A DNA stretch of 64,000 nucleotides from Chitinophagales bacterium (GTDB lineage: Bacteria > Bacteroidota > Bacteroidia > Chitinophagales > S012-47): assembly GCA_015487695.1 (NCBI GenBank), contig WFPF01000021.1, positions 70,441 through 134,440 of the forward strand. Direction: 5' to 3'. The position numbers and the translations under genes were made by a program. Shown here piece after piece: positions 8,150-18,913 of the stretch (its first letter is position 1; every line of letters begins with the position of its first letter). Below the pieces are notes generated by a model that saw only the letters and a list, made by a program, of their open reading frames with translations, was not told the DNA's origin and ran no database searches.

Positions 8150-8509
8150 TTAAGCTTCAAGCATTTCATCTACCAATTCGGTTATTTTGGCAATGCGCCT
8201 TTTATCCAGTGAGTAGTAGATGAATTTTCCTTCGCGCTCGGTCTTCACAATTCCGGCCTTCCTCAGAATGGCAAGATGTTGAGAGGCCACCGATTGCTCC
8301 AGTCTGAGCTTTACGTATATTTCGGTTACCGTGAGCTTGCCATTGCTTTCCAGCAATTTAATTATGGATTGTCTCAGTTTGTGATTGATTGCTCGAAGGA
8401 TCATTGCTGCCTTTTTGGTGGCTGCAAAGTCAAGCTTAATGTCTGAATTGACATCCTGATCCTTCGAGAGTATCAGGACATCCTCATTAACTGCATTATT
8501 CCCCTTCAT
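8150..8509 (-). CDS. ArsR/SmtB family transcriptional regulator (no Cys, so no obvious metal site)
   Basis: ILRAINHKLRQSIIKLLESNGKLTVTEIYVKLRLEQSVASQHLAILRKAGIVKTEREGKFIYYSL is an ArsR-type winged HTH. The protein has no cysteine. Confidence 0.8.
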   Translation of the reverse strand: MKGNNAVNEDVLILSKDQDVNSDIKLDFAATKKAAMILRAINHKLRQSIIKLLESNGKLTVTEIYVKLRLEQSVASQHLAILRKAGIVKTEREGKFIYYSLDKRRIAKITELVDEMLEA

Positions 8510-8530
8510 AAATGATTGTTTAATAAATGA

Positions 8531-9220
8531 TTAATTAATAGTTGGTATTTTTTTACCATGCTTAACGTAAACGCGCTTCAAATATAATGGTTCGTAATAG
8601 ATTAAATTTTTGTAATCTTTACTTTTAAATTTAATAAAAGATAACATATTCATATTTAAAGCAGAGACTGTGACTGTTTTATCTACGGGTACCCTGTTGA
8701 ATTTATTTCGTTCATACAATTTCGCTTCTGCCGCAGCATTTCTCATGGCATTTTGATAGGCGGAGTCCCCGTCTTCTATTTCGTCTATTTTAATCGGACA
8801 GGGCGCAATCAGCTCGGTCAGCTTGCTGTCATAGAGCGCCATGTATATTTCATCCTTGCGACTGTCGGCAATGCATAGAAAATGTTCCCGCTGAGGATGA
8901 TTGGCTCTGAGCGCGTAGGCCAAGGCCTGAAGGGTCGACACCGCAACCAGGGGAATACCCAGAGCATTGCATATTCCTTTGGCTGTGCTGCTTCCGATGC
9001 GCAAACCCGTGTAAGATCCGGGCCCATCGCTGACAGCTACCGCATCAAGTTCCGTTATCTTTTTTCCGGCCTTTTTCAGCACCGATTCTATGGAGGGTAC
9101 AAGAACACTCGAATGACTATGATCCACCACACTTTCCCGAAATGAAAGCATTTGTCCTCTTTCGGCCAGAGAGACGGAACATACCTTTCCGGAGCTTTCT
9201 ATATTCAGAATGAGTGCCAT
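8531..9220 (-). CDS. tsaB: tRNA t6A37 biosynthesis protein TsaB
   Basis: MALILNIESSGKVCSVSL...AVSDGPGSYTGLRIGSSTAKG is the YeaZ/TsaB signature. Confidence 0.85.
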   Translation of the reverse strand: MALILNIESSGKVCSVSLAERGQMLSFRESVVDHSHSSVLVPSIESVLKKAGKKITELDAVAVSDGPGSYTGLRIGSSTAKGICNALGIPLVAVSTLQALAYALRANHPQREHFLCIADSRKDEIYMALYDSKLTELIAPCPIKIDEIEDGDSAYQNAMRNAAAEAKLYERNKFNRVPVDKTVTVSALNMNMLSFIKFKSKDYKNLIYYEPLYLKRVYVKHGKKIPTIN

Positions 9221-10891
9221 TTAAAAATGAACTTTTACATTCATGGTATCGGAATTTCGTATCAGAATAACATCGGTGCTATCACCGGCCTTAAAATATC
9301 CGAGTGCTTTCATATAAGCCATCATATCCGAAACGGTGACGGGCCCCATTTTAATGATCACATCACCGGCCTGTATGCCTGCTTTATCCGCAGCCTTACC
9401 TTCTCTTATTCCGTCAATTTTCATCCCTCCCTTGCTGTAAGTATAATCAGGTATGACGCCCAGCGTTACGCTAAATTTGGGAGCTCCCTCGCTGCTGCCT
9501 CCCGATGTTTTTGTGAAAGTCAGTTTCTCTCTTCCGTTCAGTTCCGTAATGACCCGGACGATGTAGTCGTAGATTTTCACCATACCGTCATAGTTGATTT
9601 TATATTCATCATCACTGGGTTTGTGGTAATCTTCGTGCGTCCCGGTAAAGAAATGAATGACCGGGACATCTTTAAGATAAAAAGAGGAATGATCGGAAGG
9701 ACCGAATCCTGACAAACCGCACTTGGTGCGCAAGCCGTCTATCGGAAGTGAGTCGAGCTCCGAGAAATCAGGAGCGGTTCCGGTGCCATTGATGATTAGT
9801 ACCTCATTGCTGTCAAGGCGGCCCACCATATCGAGGTTAATCATGTAGTTGATTTTTTCCATAGGGACGGGAGAGTGATCCACAAACCACTTGGAACCAT
9901 AAAGGCCGAGCTCTTCGCCCGAAAAAGCAATGAACATGTAATTGTTCTTGTCCAGGCTTTTATTGTTTTTAAGCATGCGGGCAAGTTCGATGACCATGGC
10001 TACACCGCTGGCATTGTCATCGGCACCATTGTGAATGGCACTGTCGTTGGCTGCGTGCAGCGAACCCTTCCATCCATGTCCCAGGTGATCGTAGTGTGCT
10101 CCAATTACCACCGTGTAGGGCTTGTTGTTGTCAATATATCCGACCACATTGTGCCCGGTGCTTTCAACCGGATATATATCGACCGCCAATGTCAGATTTT
10201 TCCCCTCAACTTCTTTCCGTAAGTCGTCATTTTTGAGGAAAAGGACCGGAATTCCAAGAGAAGGTGTCTTTGTGTTGAGGTCATTATCGGGGTCCTCGGC
10301 CATGGGCAGGGTGTTGACAAAGAGAATAGCGCTGGCCCCGTGCTTTTTGGCAATCTCAATTCGAACGGGGAGGTCGTTGTATTCCACATATTTCGAGTGG
10401 GGATGTATTCCGTCAGGAGAAGATACTTCTATGATGAAAATTTTACCCTCCAGGTTTCCTCGGCCTTCATAGTCGTTGTATCCGAGATCAGGCGCATCAA
10501 TTCCATATTTTACATAAACGGCTTCGGCTTCCACCACTCCGTTGGATGAGTATGCCAGGGGATAATAATCCGTATTGAGACGGTAAACCTTGTCTCCATA
10601 AGCCAGACGGGTATCTTGTCCGATCTCTTTTTTCAGGACAAAATCGAAAGCCTGCTCGTAGCTGTCCTGGTCCGGAGCAGTGGACAGGCCAATTTCTTTA
10701 AATTCTTTTTCAATATAGGAACGAGCCAGCGCTGCCCCCCTGCTTCCTGTAAAACGACCTTCCAGCTTGTCGCTGGCCAGATAAGTGATGTGTTTTTTAA
10801 GATTTTCTTTCAGGTGGGGTTCGCCTGTTCCGTCTGAAAAACCCAGAAAGATAAAAGTGAGGAGGAGAACGGAAGTAAGAATGCTTTTCAT
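9221..10891 (-). CDS. M28 family metallopeptidase with C-terminal PDZ domain
   Basis: Signal peptide. M28 motifs GAHYDHLGHG, NGADDNASGVA, FSGEELGLYGS, NLDMVG and GPSDHSSF. PDZ-like tail GKAADKAGIQAGDVIIKMG. Confidence 0.85.
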   Translation of the reverse strand: MKSILTSVLLLTFIFLGFSDGTGEPHLKENLKKHITYLASDKLEGRFTGSRGAALARSYIEKEFKEIGLSTAPDQDSYEQAFDFVLKKEIGQDTRLAYGDKVYRLNTDYYPLAYSSNGVVEAEAVYVKYGIDAPDLGYNDYEGRGNLEGKIFIIEVSSPDGIHPHSKYVEYNDLPVRIEIAKKHGASAILFVNTLPMAEDPDNDLNTKTPSLGIPVLFLKNDDLRKEVEGKNLTLAVDIYPVESTGHNVVGYIDNNKPYTVVIGAHYDHLGHGWKGSLHAANDSAIHNGADDNASGVAMVIELARMLKNNKSLDKNNYMFIAFSGEELGLYGSKWFVDHSPVPMEKINYMINLDMVGRLDSNEVLIINGTGTAPDFSELDSLPIDGLRTKCGLSGFGPSDHSSFYLKDVPVIHFFTGTHEDYHKPSDDEYKINYDGMVKIYDYIVRVITELNGREKLTFTKTSGGSSEGAPKFSVTLGVIPDYTYSKGGMKIDGIREGKAADKAGIQAGDVIIKMGPVTVSDMMAYMKALGYFKAGDSTDVILIRNSDTMNVKVHF

Positions 10892-11718
10892 AAAAATTCA
10901 ATTAATAATTTGCTGATAACAACTATGGTAAACACGGCAAACAGCACTTTTAGTGCCAATGCCGATAATTTATGAGAAACTCTGACTCCGATAGGCGTAC
11001 CAATGAGCACTCCCGCCACTACGGGCAGGACCATAGGCAGGACAATTGCCCCCGATATATAAGGAAAATCGTATTGGGCGTAAGAGGTGAAAAAAAGATT
11101 GAAGAGGGAATAGCCGAGGGCTACCACAGCTATTATTCCAAGGGAAACAGATACAGTCTTTTTCATGGGAATTCGAAAAAAACCATTCAGAATAGGAATG
11201 AGAATAAATCCCCCGCCCAATCCCGAGAGGGCCGAAGCAGCACCGCTTATGAGGCCCGTTGCTATCATTTTCCAGGTACCCAGTTTTTCAGGATCTGTAT
11301 CCCCTTCTTTTTGTTTCTGAGTAAACATTCTGAAAAGCAGCGGTACCATGAGAATAGTAAATAAAATGGCAAAATCATGGGTTGAGTAGATCCGCATTCC
11401 GGTCAGTAATTCTTTAATCCCTATGGCACTGAGAACACCCGAAATACCGATTACAAGCACGGGCTTGAAATAGAAATTATGACTTTTCCATTGCCGGTAG
11501 CTGCCCGAGAGGCCGGCAAAGAAGATGGCGAAGAGGCTGTTGGATATCATAAGCTGAACCATGTCGGTGCTTTCAATGCTGTGGGCACTCAGGCGTTTGA
11601 GGAATACCGAAAAAATCAGAATATAGATAATACCACCTCCGATACCCAGTAAACCTGCGATGAAGCCTCCGGCAAATCCGGAAAGTACCAGCAGTGCTAT
11701 GTTGATCGGGTCTATCAA
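10888..11718 (-). CDS. TauE/SafE (DUF81) family anion permease
   Basis: 276 aa with about 8 TM helices and duplicated LLGIGGG / LSGLGGG motifs. Confidence 0.8.
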   Translation of the reverse strand: MIDPINIALLVLSGFAGGFIAGLLGIGGGIIYILIFSVFLKRLSAHSIESTDMVQLMISNSLFAIFFAGLSGSYRQWKSHNFYFKPVLVIGISGVLSAIGIKELLTGMRIYSTHDFAILFTILMVPLLFRMFTQKQKEGDTDPEKLGTWKMIATGLISGAASALSGLGGGFILIPILNGFFRIPMKKTVSVSLGIIAVVALGYSLFNLFFTSYAQYDFPYISGAIVLPMVLPVVAGVLIGTPIGVRVSHKLSALALKVLFAVFTIVVISKLLIEFL

Positions 11719-11723
11719 AGGGC

Positions 11724-13379
11724 TTAATTGGAGGGTAAAAGAATGCTTTTATAGAGTTCTTTATTTGCAATTACCTCGACAGCTTTGATGATAATCGGAT
11801 CATCGCGGAAGGATGAGCGTATAACCCCGCTTTGAGAATAGTAGCGGGCAACAATCTCTTCTTTCAGAAGCCGCCTGATTTCATCACTGAATTTAATGAG
11901 GTCATTTTCCTTGTCTTTTGCCAGCTCATCCCGCAATGCCTTGAGAGACGGTTGCACTGCTTTAATGTAGTTTTCTTTTTCCAGTTGAAGTTCCAGCTTG
12001 TCAATCAGCTCCTCGCTGCGGGTTTGATAGTGGTACTCCTTGTCCTGAAGGAAAGCTATAAAATCCTTGAAAATCCCGTCACTGATTTCAAAACTTTCCG
12101 GTGAAGGAATCGAATCGTGTTCGAGGTGAAATTTGGTAGCGTAGTCAAAAATAAGATCCTTGCTCAGAAGGCTGATGGAGATGTTGGAAAGCTTTGGCTG
12201 CGGCACTTCCACATCCGGATAAATGCCGGCTCCGTCATACACTACCCTGCCGTGCTCGGTCTTAAAGGCCGAGCGAAGCGAGTCGGGCAATTTATTGGCA
12301 TGCCCCTCCTTGTCTTTATGTGAATAGTCGATGGCCTGAATACAGCGCCCACTGGGGATATAATACTTGGCCGTGGTAAGCTTCAGAATGGTTTTGTAAC
12401 TCAGCTCGTGCGTGTTTTGTACGAGCCCTTTCCCAAAGGAAGTCTGACCGACAATGACGGCCCGGTCGTAATCCTGCAAAGTGCCGCTTACAATTTCTGA
12501 GGCCGAGGCCGAGCCGCTGCTGATCAATACAGTCAGAGGTATTTCCGTATCAAGGGGTTGGTTCAGGGTTTTGAAGTCTCTGTTCCAGTCGCTCACTTTT
12601 CCCTTTGTGCTGACGACCAGTTTGTTTTTCGGAATAAAAATGTTGCAGACATTCACGGCTTCATTGAGCAACCCTCCCGGATTTCCCCGCAGATCAAGAA
12701 CGAGACCCTTCAAATTATGCTCGGCTTTCAGCGCTTGGTATGCCTTGCTAACATTTTTTCCGGCATCGCGGGTAAACTGGGTAAACTTGATGTAACCGAT
12801 GGAGTCATTGATCATCCCGTAAAAGGGTACATTTTCAATTTTTATTTCTTCGCGTTCTACTTTGATCAGCTGATCCTGCAGAAAACCTTCACGCCTCACA
12901 AGCAGCTCAACCGTTGTACCGGGATTGCCTTTGAGGAGTTTGCTGGCATCTTCCACTTTCATGTGGCGCGTGGGTTCTCCGTTTATTTCAATAATCAGAT
13001 CACCTGCCTGGAGCCCCGCTTTGAGAGCCGGTGAGTTTTCGTAGGGTTCGATAATGGCTATGTAATCTCCCTTCTGCCGGATGATGGCTCCGATGCCACC
13101 GTACTTGCCGGTGGTCTGAAAGCGATAGTTTTCCAGCTCTGCTTCCGAATAGAAATTGGTGTAGGGATCAAGTGATGCCAGCATGGCATCGATGCCTGTA
13201 CGAATCAACTCATTGGGATTGATTTCATCAACATAATAAAGATCAAGTGTCTTATAAATATCTGCGAAGATTTCCAGGTTTTTGGAAATCTCGAAGTAAT
13301 TGTCAGCCGCAGCCAGGGAAACCAGCGCTCCTACTGCGAAGAAGTAGATCAGGAAATGTTTTTTAATTCTTTTTATCAT
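11724..13379 (-). CDS. S41 family C-terminal processing peptidase
   Basis: PDZ segment ([19 protein letters not shown]) and S41 motifs [12 protein letters not shown] and GSASASEI. Start moved to MIKRIKKHF (13379). The longer track ORF would overlap yidD extensively. Confidence 0.85.
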   Translation of the reverse strand: MIKRIKKHFLIYFFAVGALVSLAAADNYFEISKNLEIFADIYKTLDLYYVDEINPNELIRTGIDAMLASLDPYTNFYSEAELENYRFQTTGKYGGIGAIIRQKGDYIAIIEPYENSPALKAGLQAGDLIIEINGEPTRHMKVEDASKLLKGNPGTTVELLVRREGFLQDQLIKVEREEIKIENVPFYGMINDSIGYIKFTQFTRDAGKNVSKAYQALKAEHNLKGLVLDLRGNPGGLLNEAVNVCNIFIPKNKLVVSTKGKVSDWNRDFKTLNQPLDTEIPLTVLISSGSASASEIVSGTLQDYDRAVIVGQTSFGKGLVQNTHELSYKTILKLTTAKYYIPSGRCIQAIDYSHKDKEGHANKLPDSLRSAFKTEHGRVVYDGAGIYPDVEVPQPKLSNISISLLSKDLIFDYATKFHLEHDSIPSPESFEISDGIFKDFIAFLQDKEYHYQTRSEELIDKLELQLEKENYIKAVQPSLKALRDELAKDKENDLIKFSDEIRRLLKEEIVARYYSQSGVIRSSFRDDPIIIKAVEVIANKELYKSILLPSN

Positions 13380-13605
13380 CTTTCTTTTTCTTTTCCGGTA
13401 CCGGGTCGTATCCGTGTCCACCCCAGGGGTGGCAACTCAAAATTCTTTTTAGCGATAACCACGTTCCTTTTATCGGTCCGTGGATACGCAGGGCCTCAAT
13501 ACTATATTGCGAACAAGTAGGTGTATAACGGCAGGATTGGGGAAATAGTGGGGAAATAGCGTATTGATAAAAACGAATAAATAAGATGAGCACTCGTCTG
13601 ATCAT
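13363..13605 (-). CDS. yidD: Membrane protein insertion efficiency factor YidD
   Basis: [32 protein letters not shown]...[14 protein letters not shown]. Confidence 0.9.
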   Translation of the reverse strand: MIRRVLILFIRFYQYAISPLFPQSCRYTPTCSQYSIEALRIHGPIKGTWLSLKRILSCHPWGGHGYDPVPEKKKKDDKKN

Positions 13606-14009
13606 GATAGCTGCTTCTCGATTGTTTCCGCCAATTGCTTTAAAGATAAAAGAAGGGATTCGGAAAATTCATCAAAAGCGACTTTGCTTTGACCGACATA
13701 GATAATCATAATGTCAATACCGATATGTTGCTTTTCGGCTAAGTGCAGCAGCGGGTGCTTCAATCGCCTGTATGATTCACGCATCATTCGCTTGATTTGA
13801 TTGCGGTCTACGGCTCTCTTGTATCGTTTTTTGGAAACAGAAAAGGCCACTCTCAATGGAGAGGGCCTTTTATATGCGGTGGTCCGGTAATAAAGCAGAA
13901 CGGGATATTGAAATATTTTTTCTCCGTGAAGGAAGACTTCTGAACTGGCTTTTTTGCCTCTGAGTATTTCCTTTTTTCCGAGGGTATTTTTGTGAAATAT
14001 CCGGTTCAC
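13602..14009 (-). CDS. rnpA: Ribonuclease P protein component
   Basis: Basic 135-aa protein with [17 protein letters not shown]. It sits between rpmH and yidD. GTG start. Confidence 0.85.
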   Translation of the reverse strand: MNRIFHKNTLGKKEILRGKKASSEVFLHGEKIFQYPVLLYYRTTAYKRPSPLRVAFSVSKKRYKRAVDRNQIKRMMRESYRRLKHPLLHLAEKQHIGIDIMIIYVGQSKVAFDEFSESLLLSLKQLAETIEKQLS

Positions 14010-14021
14010 CGGTACGAGAAA

Positions 14022-14177
14022 TTATTTAAGTCGTCTTTCACTGGAAACACTGAGTTTTTTACGTCCCTTGCGTCTCCTGCGCTTCAGTACGGCTGTACCA
14101 TTCTTGCTGCTCATGCGCTCACGAAAGCCGTGCTTGTTTTTCCTTTTTCTTCTTGATGGTTGAAATGTTCTTTTCAT
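14022..14177 (-). CDS. rpmH: 50S ribosomal protein L34
   Basis: Not in the ORF track because it is only 51 aa. The minus strand translates to [51 protein letters not shown]. Confidence 0.95.
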   Translation of the reverse strand: MKRTFQPSRRKRKNKHGFRERMSSKNGTAVLKRRRRKGRKKLSVSSERRLK

Positions 14178-14205
14178 CGTTAATCCAGATTTTTGAAATG
14201 GACTG

Positions 14206-14213
14206 CAAAGATA
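14206..14213 (-). promoter_or_regulatory. -7 promoter box TATCTTTG upstream of rpmH
   Basis: TATCTTTGCA lies 28 nt upstream of the rpmH ATG. The same decamer occurs at the serS promoter. Confidence 0.5.
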
Positions 14214-14255
14214 TGTAAATCTTACATTTAAAGAGTAAGAATTACAAATTCTGCT

Positions 14256-15911
14256 TTATCCGTTCATTGAAATAAGAAATTCTTCATTTGACTTGGTGCC
14301 CTTCATGTTTTGAAGGATGAACTGTATGGCTTCTTCGGTTTTCATGTCGGCCAGATGCTTGCGCAAAATCCACATGCGCTGAAGGGCTTCCTTGTCAAGA
14401 AGCAGGTCTTCGCGTCTTGTGCTTGACGATACCAGATCAATGGCCGGATAAAGTCGTTTGTTGGAGAGTTTGCGGTCGAGCGTCAGTTCCATGTTGCCCG
14501 TTCCTTTAAACTCTTCAAAGATAACCTCGTCCATTTTGCTTCCTGTGTCTACCAGTGCAGTGGCCAGGATGGTAAGTGAACCCCCGTTTTCAATGTTTCT
14601 GGCGGCACCGAAAAACTTTTTCGGCTTGTGAAGGGCGTTGGCCTCAACACCTCCGGAGAGCACCTTGCCCGAAGCCGGTGCTACGGTGTTGTGTGCACGT
14701 GCCAGGCGGGTGATTGAATCCAGAAGAATAACCACATCGTGTCCGCACTCTACCATTCTTTTGGCTTTCTCGAGTACGATATTCGAAACTTTAACATGAC
14801 GGTCGGCTTGCTCGTCAAAAGTAGAAGCCACAACTTCGGCATTCACACTTCGCTGCATATCCGTCACTTCTTCCGGTCTCTCATCAATAAGAAGGATCAT
14901 CAGGTAAACCTCCGGGTGATTGCGGGCAATGGCGTTGGCTACCGCTTTCAGCAGGAGGGTCTTGCCTGTTTTGGGCTGAGCGACAATCATTCCACGCTGG
15001 CCTTTTCCGATCGGAGTGAAAAGGTCCATGATGCGGGTGGATAGATCGGTGGAGCCGGTAGATAGATCTAATTTTTCCTCGGGAAAAAGGGGAGTAAGGT
15101 AGTCGAAGGGTACACGATCGCGGACTTCGTCCGGTGTGCGTCCGTTAATGGAGTCAACCTTTAGCAGCGCAAAGTATTTTTCGCCTTCTTTGGGTGGGCG
15201 TATGGTTCCTATTACCGTATCTCCGGTTTTCAAACCGAATAATTTGATTTGAGAAGGGGATACATAAATGTCATCAGGCGAAGAAAGGTAATTGTAATCG
15301 GCTGAGCGTAAGAAACCATATCCGTCAGACATCATTTCCAAAACGCCCTCACCGGCTACGGCACCGTCCAGGTCGATGTCAAAGGGATTGTCTTCTTTTT
15401 TCTCGTTCTTGCGATCATTGTCACGCGCTTCCTGGCTTCTTCTGCGGTTGTTGTCGTTTCCACGATTGTCTCCGCCCCGGCTTTCGCTGCGGTTGTCATT
15501 GCCGCGGCTGCGGCTTCGGTCTTTGCGCTGTTCGCGCTGCGGCTGCTCTTCTTTCTTCTCTTCGCTCTGCTGGCTTTTTTCTTTGTTGTCGCGCTTCTTT
15601 TCTTTGCTTACAGGCGTTTCCTCAGCCGAAGTTTCGCGTTCGATGACGGCAGTTTCGGCAGCGGAACTTTCTTCCGTTTCTTTCTTGCTCTCTTCCTCGC
15701 TTTTTTTCTTTCTTCGGGCGATAGGCCTTTTTTTGACAGGTTTTTCTTCGTCTTCCTCGCTGCTATCGTTTCCGGCAACGGCTTGCTGATCAAGGATTTT
15801 ATAGATTAATTCCTGTTTGGTCAGCGATTTATGGTTCTTGATCTTCAAACTCTTGGCGATATCTTTAAGCTCTGGAACGAGCATATCATTGAGTTGCAAA
15901 ATATCATACAT
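14256..15911 (-). CDS. rho: Transcription termination factor Rho with a long low-complexity N-terminal insertion
   Basis: Rho_N helix ([22 protein letters not shown]), an RNA-binding CSD-like domain, Walker A PKTGKT and a RecA-type core. About 145 residues of E/K/S/R/N-rich sequence sit between Rho_N and the CSD-like domain. Confidence 0.95.
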   Translation of the reverse strand: MYDILQLNDMLVPELKDIAKSLKIKNHKSLTKQELIYKILDQQAVAGNDSSEEDEEKPVKKRPIARRKKKSEEESKKETEESSAAETAVIERETSAEETPVSKEKKRDNKEKSQQSEEKKEEQPQREQRKDRSRSRGNDNRSESRGGDNRGNDNNRRRSQEARDNDRKNEKKEDNPFDIDLDGAVAGEGVLEMMSDGYGFLRSADYNYLSSPDDIYVSPSQIKLFGLKTGDTVIGTIRPPKEGEKYFALLKVDSINGRTPDEVRDRVPFDYLTPLFPEEKLDLSTGSTDLSTRIMDLFTPIGKGQRGMIVAQPKTGKTLLLKAVANAIARNHPEVYLMILLIDERPEEVTDMQRSVNAEVVASTFDEQADRHVKVSNIVLEKAKRMVECGHDVVILLDSITRLARAHNTVAPASGKVLSGGVEANALHKPKKFFGAARNIENGGSLTILATALVDTGSKMDEVIFEEFKGTGNMELTLDRKLSNKRLYPAIDLVSSSTRREDLLLDKEALQRMWILRKHLADMKTEEAIQFILQNMKGTKSNEEFLISMNG

Positions 15912-16005
15912 GATAATTCTTGTTATTTAGAAAGGTGATTTAAAATTTGGGCAATAAAAATGGGGTTCAATTGAAATGCCCTTGAAGGTGGGCGAATTGC
16001 TGCTG

Positions 16006-16013
16006 CAAAGCTA
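16006..16013 (-). promoter_or_regulatory. -7 promoter box TAGCTTTG upstream of rho
   Basis: TAGCTTTGCA on the minus strand, 94 nt upstream of the rho ATG. This implies a long leader. Confidence 0.4.
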
Positions 16014-16076
16014 ATGAATCCAATAAGATAATTCAAATAGGGTGAAAATCATTCCCTTTTCAAAATAATGGGCGGC

Positions 16077-16084
16077 TATCTTTG
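16077..16084 (+). promoter_or_regulatory. -7 promoter box TATCTTTG upstream of serS
   Basis: TATCTTTGCA lies 17 nt upstream of ATG 16102. Confidence 0.5.
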
Positions 16085-16101
16085 CAAAAAAAGAGAAGAA
16101 G

Positions 16102-17373
16102 ATGCTTTTGATAAAAGAATTAAGAGATAATCGGGAAAGTGTAAAAGAGAGACTTTGGAAAAGAGCTTTTCGGAATACAGAGCTGATTGATGAAATCATT
16201 GATCTGGATGAAAAAAGAAGAAGCATCAAAGCTGAACTGGATGATTTGCTGAATAAGACAAAGACCCGCTCAAAGGAAATCGGCAATCTGTATAAAGGGG
16301 GCCAAAGAGAGGAAGCGGAGCAGATGAAAGCCGAGATGGCATCGTTGAAAGAGCAGGTCAGATTGCGGGAGGATGAACATCGAAAGCTGGAAGTGAAAAT
16401 TGAAGAGATTCTTGTGCGTATTCCCAATCTTCCGCACGAAAGTGTTCCTGCCGGTTCGAGCGATGCCGACAATGTTGTGGTAAAAGAAGGTGGTACAATG
16501 CCTTCGCTGCCTGAAGGAGCACAGACACATTGGGAGCTGGCTGCGAAATATGATTTGATTCGCTTCGAAGCGGGTACAAAAATAACGGGATCGGGTTTTC
16601 CGGTATTTAGCGGGATGGGCGCACGTCTGCAACGGGCCTTGGTCAATTTCTTTTTGGACCGGGCTACCCGGGCAGGTTATCATGAGTTTTCGCCCCCCCT
16701 GCTGGTCAATAAGGATTCGGCATTCGCCACCGGACAACTGCCCGACAAGGACGGCCAGATGTACTATATAAATGAAGATGACCTTTACCTGATACCGACT
16801 GCTGAGGTTCCGCTTACCAACCTTTTCAGAGATAAGCTTCTGAAAGAAGAGGACCTGCCGCAAAAATTGGTTGGGTATACGCCCTGTTTCAGGAGAGAGG
16901 CCGGCTCTTACGGGAAAGATGTCAGAGGATTGAACCGTTTGCACCAGTTTGACAAAGTCGAGATCGTTCAAATAGCGCACCCGGAAAAATCATATGAAAT
17001 CCTTGATCAGATGATAGACCATGTGGAGTCGCTGCTTCTAGAACTGGAACTGCCTTACAGGCTGCTCAGACTCTGTGGCGGAGATCTGGGTTTTACTTCG
17101 GCTCTCACTTTTGATTTTGAAGTCTACTCTGCCGCCCAGCAAAAATGGCTGGAGGTAAGTTCTGTTTCAAATTTTGAATCCTTCCAGGCCAATCGCTTAA
17201 AACTTCGATTCAAAGACAAAGATGGGAAAAACCGCCTTTTGCATACCCTGAACGGAAGTGCCCTGGCTTTTCCCAGGATCATTGCTGCACTTTTGGAGAA
17301 CAAACAGACGAAAGACGGAATTGAAATGCCCGCTGTTTTGCGGCCCTACCTGGGTTTTGACAAGATAGCATAA
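16102..17373 (+). CDS. serS: Serine--tRNA ligase
   Basis: N-terminal coiled-coil arm and class II motifs (FRREAGSYGKDVRGLNRLHQFDKVE, TLNGSALA). Confidence 0.95.
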   Translation: MLLIKELRDNRESVKERLWKRAFRNTELIDEIIDLDEKRRSIKAELDDLLNKTKTRSKEIGNLYKGGQREEAEQMKAEMASLKEQVRLREDEHRKLEVKIEEILVRIPNLPHESVPAGSSDADNVVVKEGGTMPSLPEGAQTHWELAAKYDLIRFEAGTKITGSGFPVFSGMGARLQRALVNFFLDRATRAGYHEFSPPLLVNKDSAFATGQLPDKDGQMYYINEDDLYLIPTAEVPLTNLFRDKLLKEEDLPQKLVGYTPCFRREAGSYGKDVRGLNRLHQFDKVEIVQIAHPEKSYEILDQMIDHVESLLLELELPYRLLRLCGGDLGFTSALTFDFEVYSAAQQKWLEVSSVSNFESFQANRLKLRFKDKDGKNRLLHTLNGSALAFPRIIAALLENKQTKDGIEMPAVLRPYLGFDKIA

Positions 17374-17389
17374 GTGGAAAACGGGCTAT

Positions 17390-18913
17390 CTATAACTTAA
17401 TTTCCAATTCCTGCTCCCAGTCGGGTTTGATGCTAATTGTTTGCGGGTAGATAAACAGGCTCTCTGCTTCCTCTTTTAACAGGAGACTGGAGCCATCCCA
17501 ACTGCCGTTTCGGTTCTTATCTATTACAATCCTGAGCTGATAAGATCCGGGACTTATCCCCTCAAAGCGAATGCTTTTTTCACCGGCAGGCAGGATTCTT
17601 CGAATCTCATATTTTGACGATTTCAGAATAACTATTTTTTGTTTTGCGTCCGTGGAGTCACCGATAATATGCAGGACAAGCGAGCTTCTGTTCTTAAGAG
17701 GAGCTTTAATAGGATGCTCTAATGCTTTCTCGTTTAGCTGATTATTAATGAATACTAAGGATGAATCTGCAATTCTGAGAGAATGATATTTTAAAAGGGA
17801 ATCGGAGGAAAGAGGAAAGAGAAGGCTGTCACCCTGAATTACGGGTTTAATAGATAATGTATCCTTCTCAGATACCAGCTGAAAGTCTTTTAAATAATTA
17901 AAAATCAGAGAATTAAATATAATGATAAATCTGTTTTTAAGAATAACTTCTTTTATTATCTCCGCTTTTGGAGGAGAAGAGGGAGTTTTACAATTAACCG
18001 GAAATGTGTCATTCGTGAAGGAAAGAAAGCGGAGCACGAGGGAATCGGCAGGGCTGTGAAGAAAAAGCCGGAAAGTATCTGCAGAGACGGAGCGGAGAAC
18101 ACCCTTGCTTTCGGTAATTAATATTTTCTCAGCCGGGAGAAGCGGTCGATTGGAAATCAGCAGGAAACTGCCGGGGCCATAAACTTTGCAGCTGATATCC
18201 GTCCGTGGATTGATTTCGGAGCTTAAGCGCAAGGGAGCCAATGTGGTATCTTTACTTAGCGTCAGGGTGTCAAAGAGGAAAGCAACATCTTCCTTATACG
18301 AATCATAGCGCAGATTTCTGTTTCGGTCATCAAAGGCGGCAAGCCTGTAGGAGCCCGGAGACAGGTATCTGATTTCAAAATCACCCTCTTTATTGCTGTA
18401 TGCCAGGAAGTCGGGGTCTCCCAGGAAGGCAGAGTCGGCAAGGTTTTTATACAGCGCAATGAGGACCCCTTCTTTTTTCTCTCCGCTCACTGCGCTTTGC
18501 ACGTGGCCTTTTATCCGAAGGGAATCCAGATGATCGCCAGTGGAAAAGGCGTAACTGAGGCCATTGAGAATATTGCCTTCATTGAGATCGGCAACATTAT
18601 CGGCAAAATTGATGCTGTATGTGGTATTGGCTTTGAGCGAATCTTCAAAATAAATGCTTAGCTCCCTCTTCCTGACTTTAAAGCGCATCGCCAGATGTGG
18701 CGATGAAATAGCGGCATTCTTGTTTTTAAGGACAATAAATTCATCAAAGAGGAAGGTAACATGATCCCCGGTGAAGCGAACACTTTCATTGGGAGGACTG
18801 ACCTGCAAAAGCTTTGGGGGGCTTTCATCTTTGGGACCACCGCTCGGGCTGCCCTGTCGGGCGCAGGATATTAAAAGGAGGGAGAAAAAAAGAATTAAAT
18901 AGTAACGCTTCAT
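17390..18913 (-). CDS. Ig-like (SbsA/Big_5-type) domain lipoprotein, function unknown
   Basis: Lipobox LLLISCARQGSPSGGPKDESPPKLLQVSPPN, typical of Bacteroidota Ig-like domain lipoproteins. Its start abuts the mnmG stop. Confidence 0.6.
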   Translation of the reverse strand: MKRYYLILFFSLLLISCARQGSPSGGPKDESPPKLLQVSPPNESVRFTGDHVTFLFDEFIVLKNKNAAISSPHLAMRFKVRKRELSIYFEDSLKANTTYSINFADNVADLNEGNILNGLSYAFSTGDHLDSLRIKGHVQSAVSGEKKEGVLIALYKNLADSAFLGDPDFLAYSNKEGDFEIRYLSPGSYRLAAFDDRNRNLRYDSYKEDVAFLFDTLTLSKDTTLAPLRLSSEINPRTDISCKVYGPGSFLLISNRPLLPAEKILITESKGVLRSVSADTFRLFLHSPADSLVLRFLSFTNDTFPVNCKTPSSPPKAEIIKEVILKNRFIIIFNSLIFNYLKDFQLVSEKDTLSIKPVIQGDSLLFPLSSDSLLKYHSLRIADSSLVFINNQLNEKALEHPIKAPLKNRSSLVLHIIGDSTDAKQKIVILKSSKYEIRRILPAGEKSIRFEGISPGSYQLRIVIDKNRNGSWDGSSLLLKEEAESLFIYPQTISIKPDWEQELEIKL

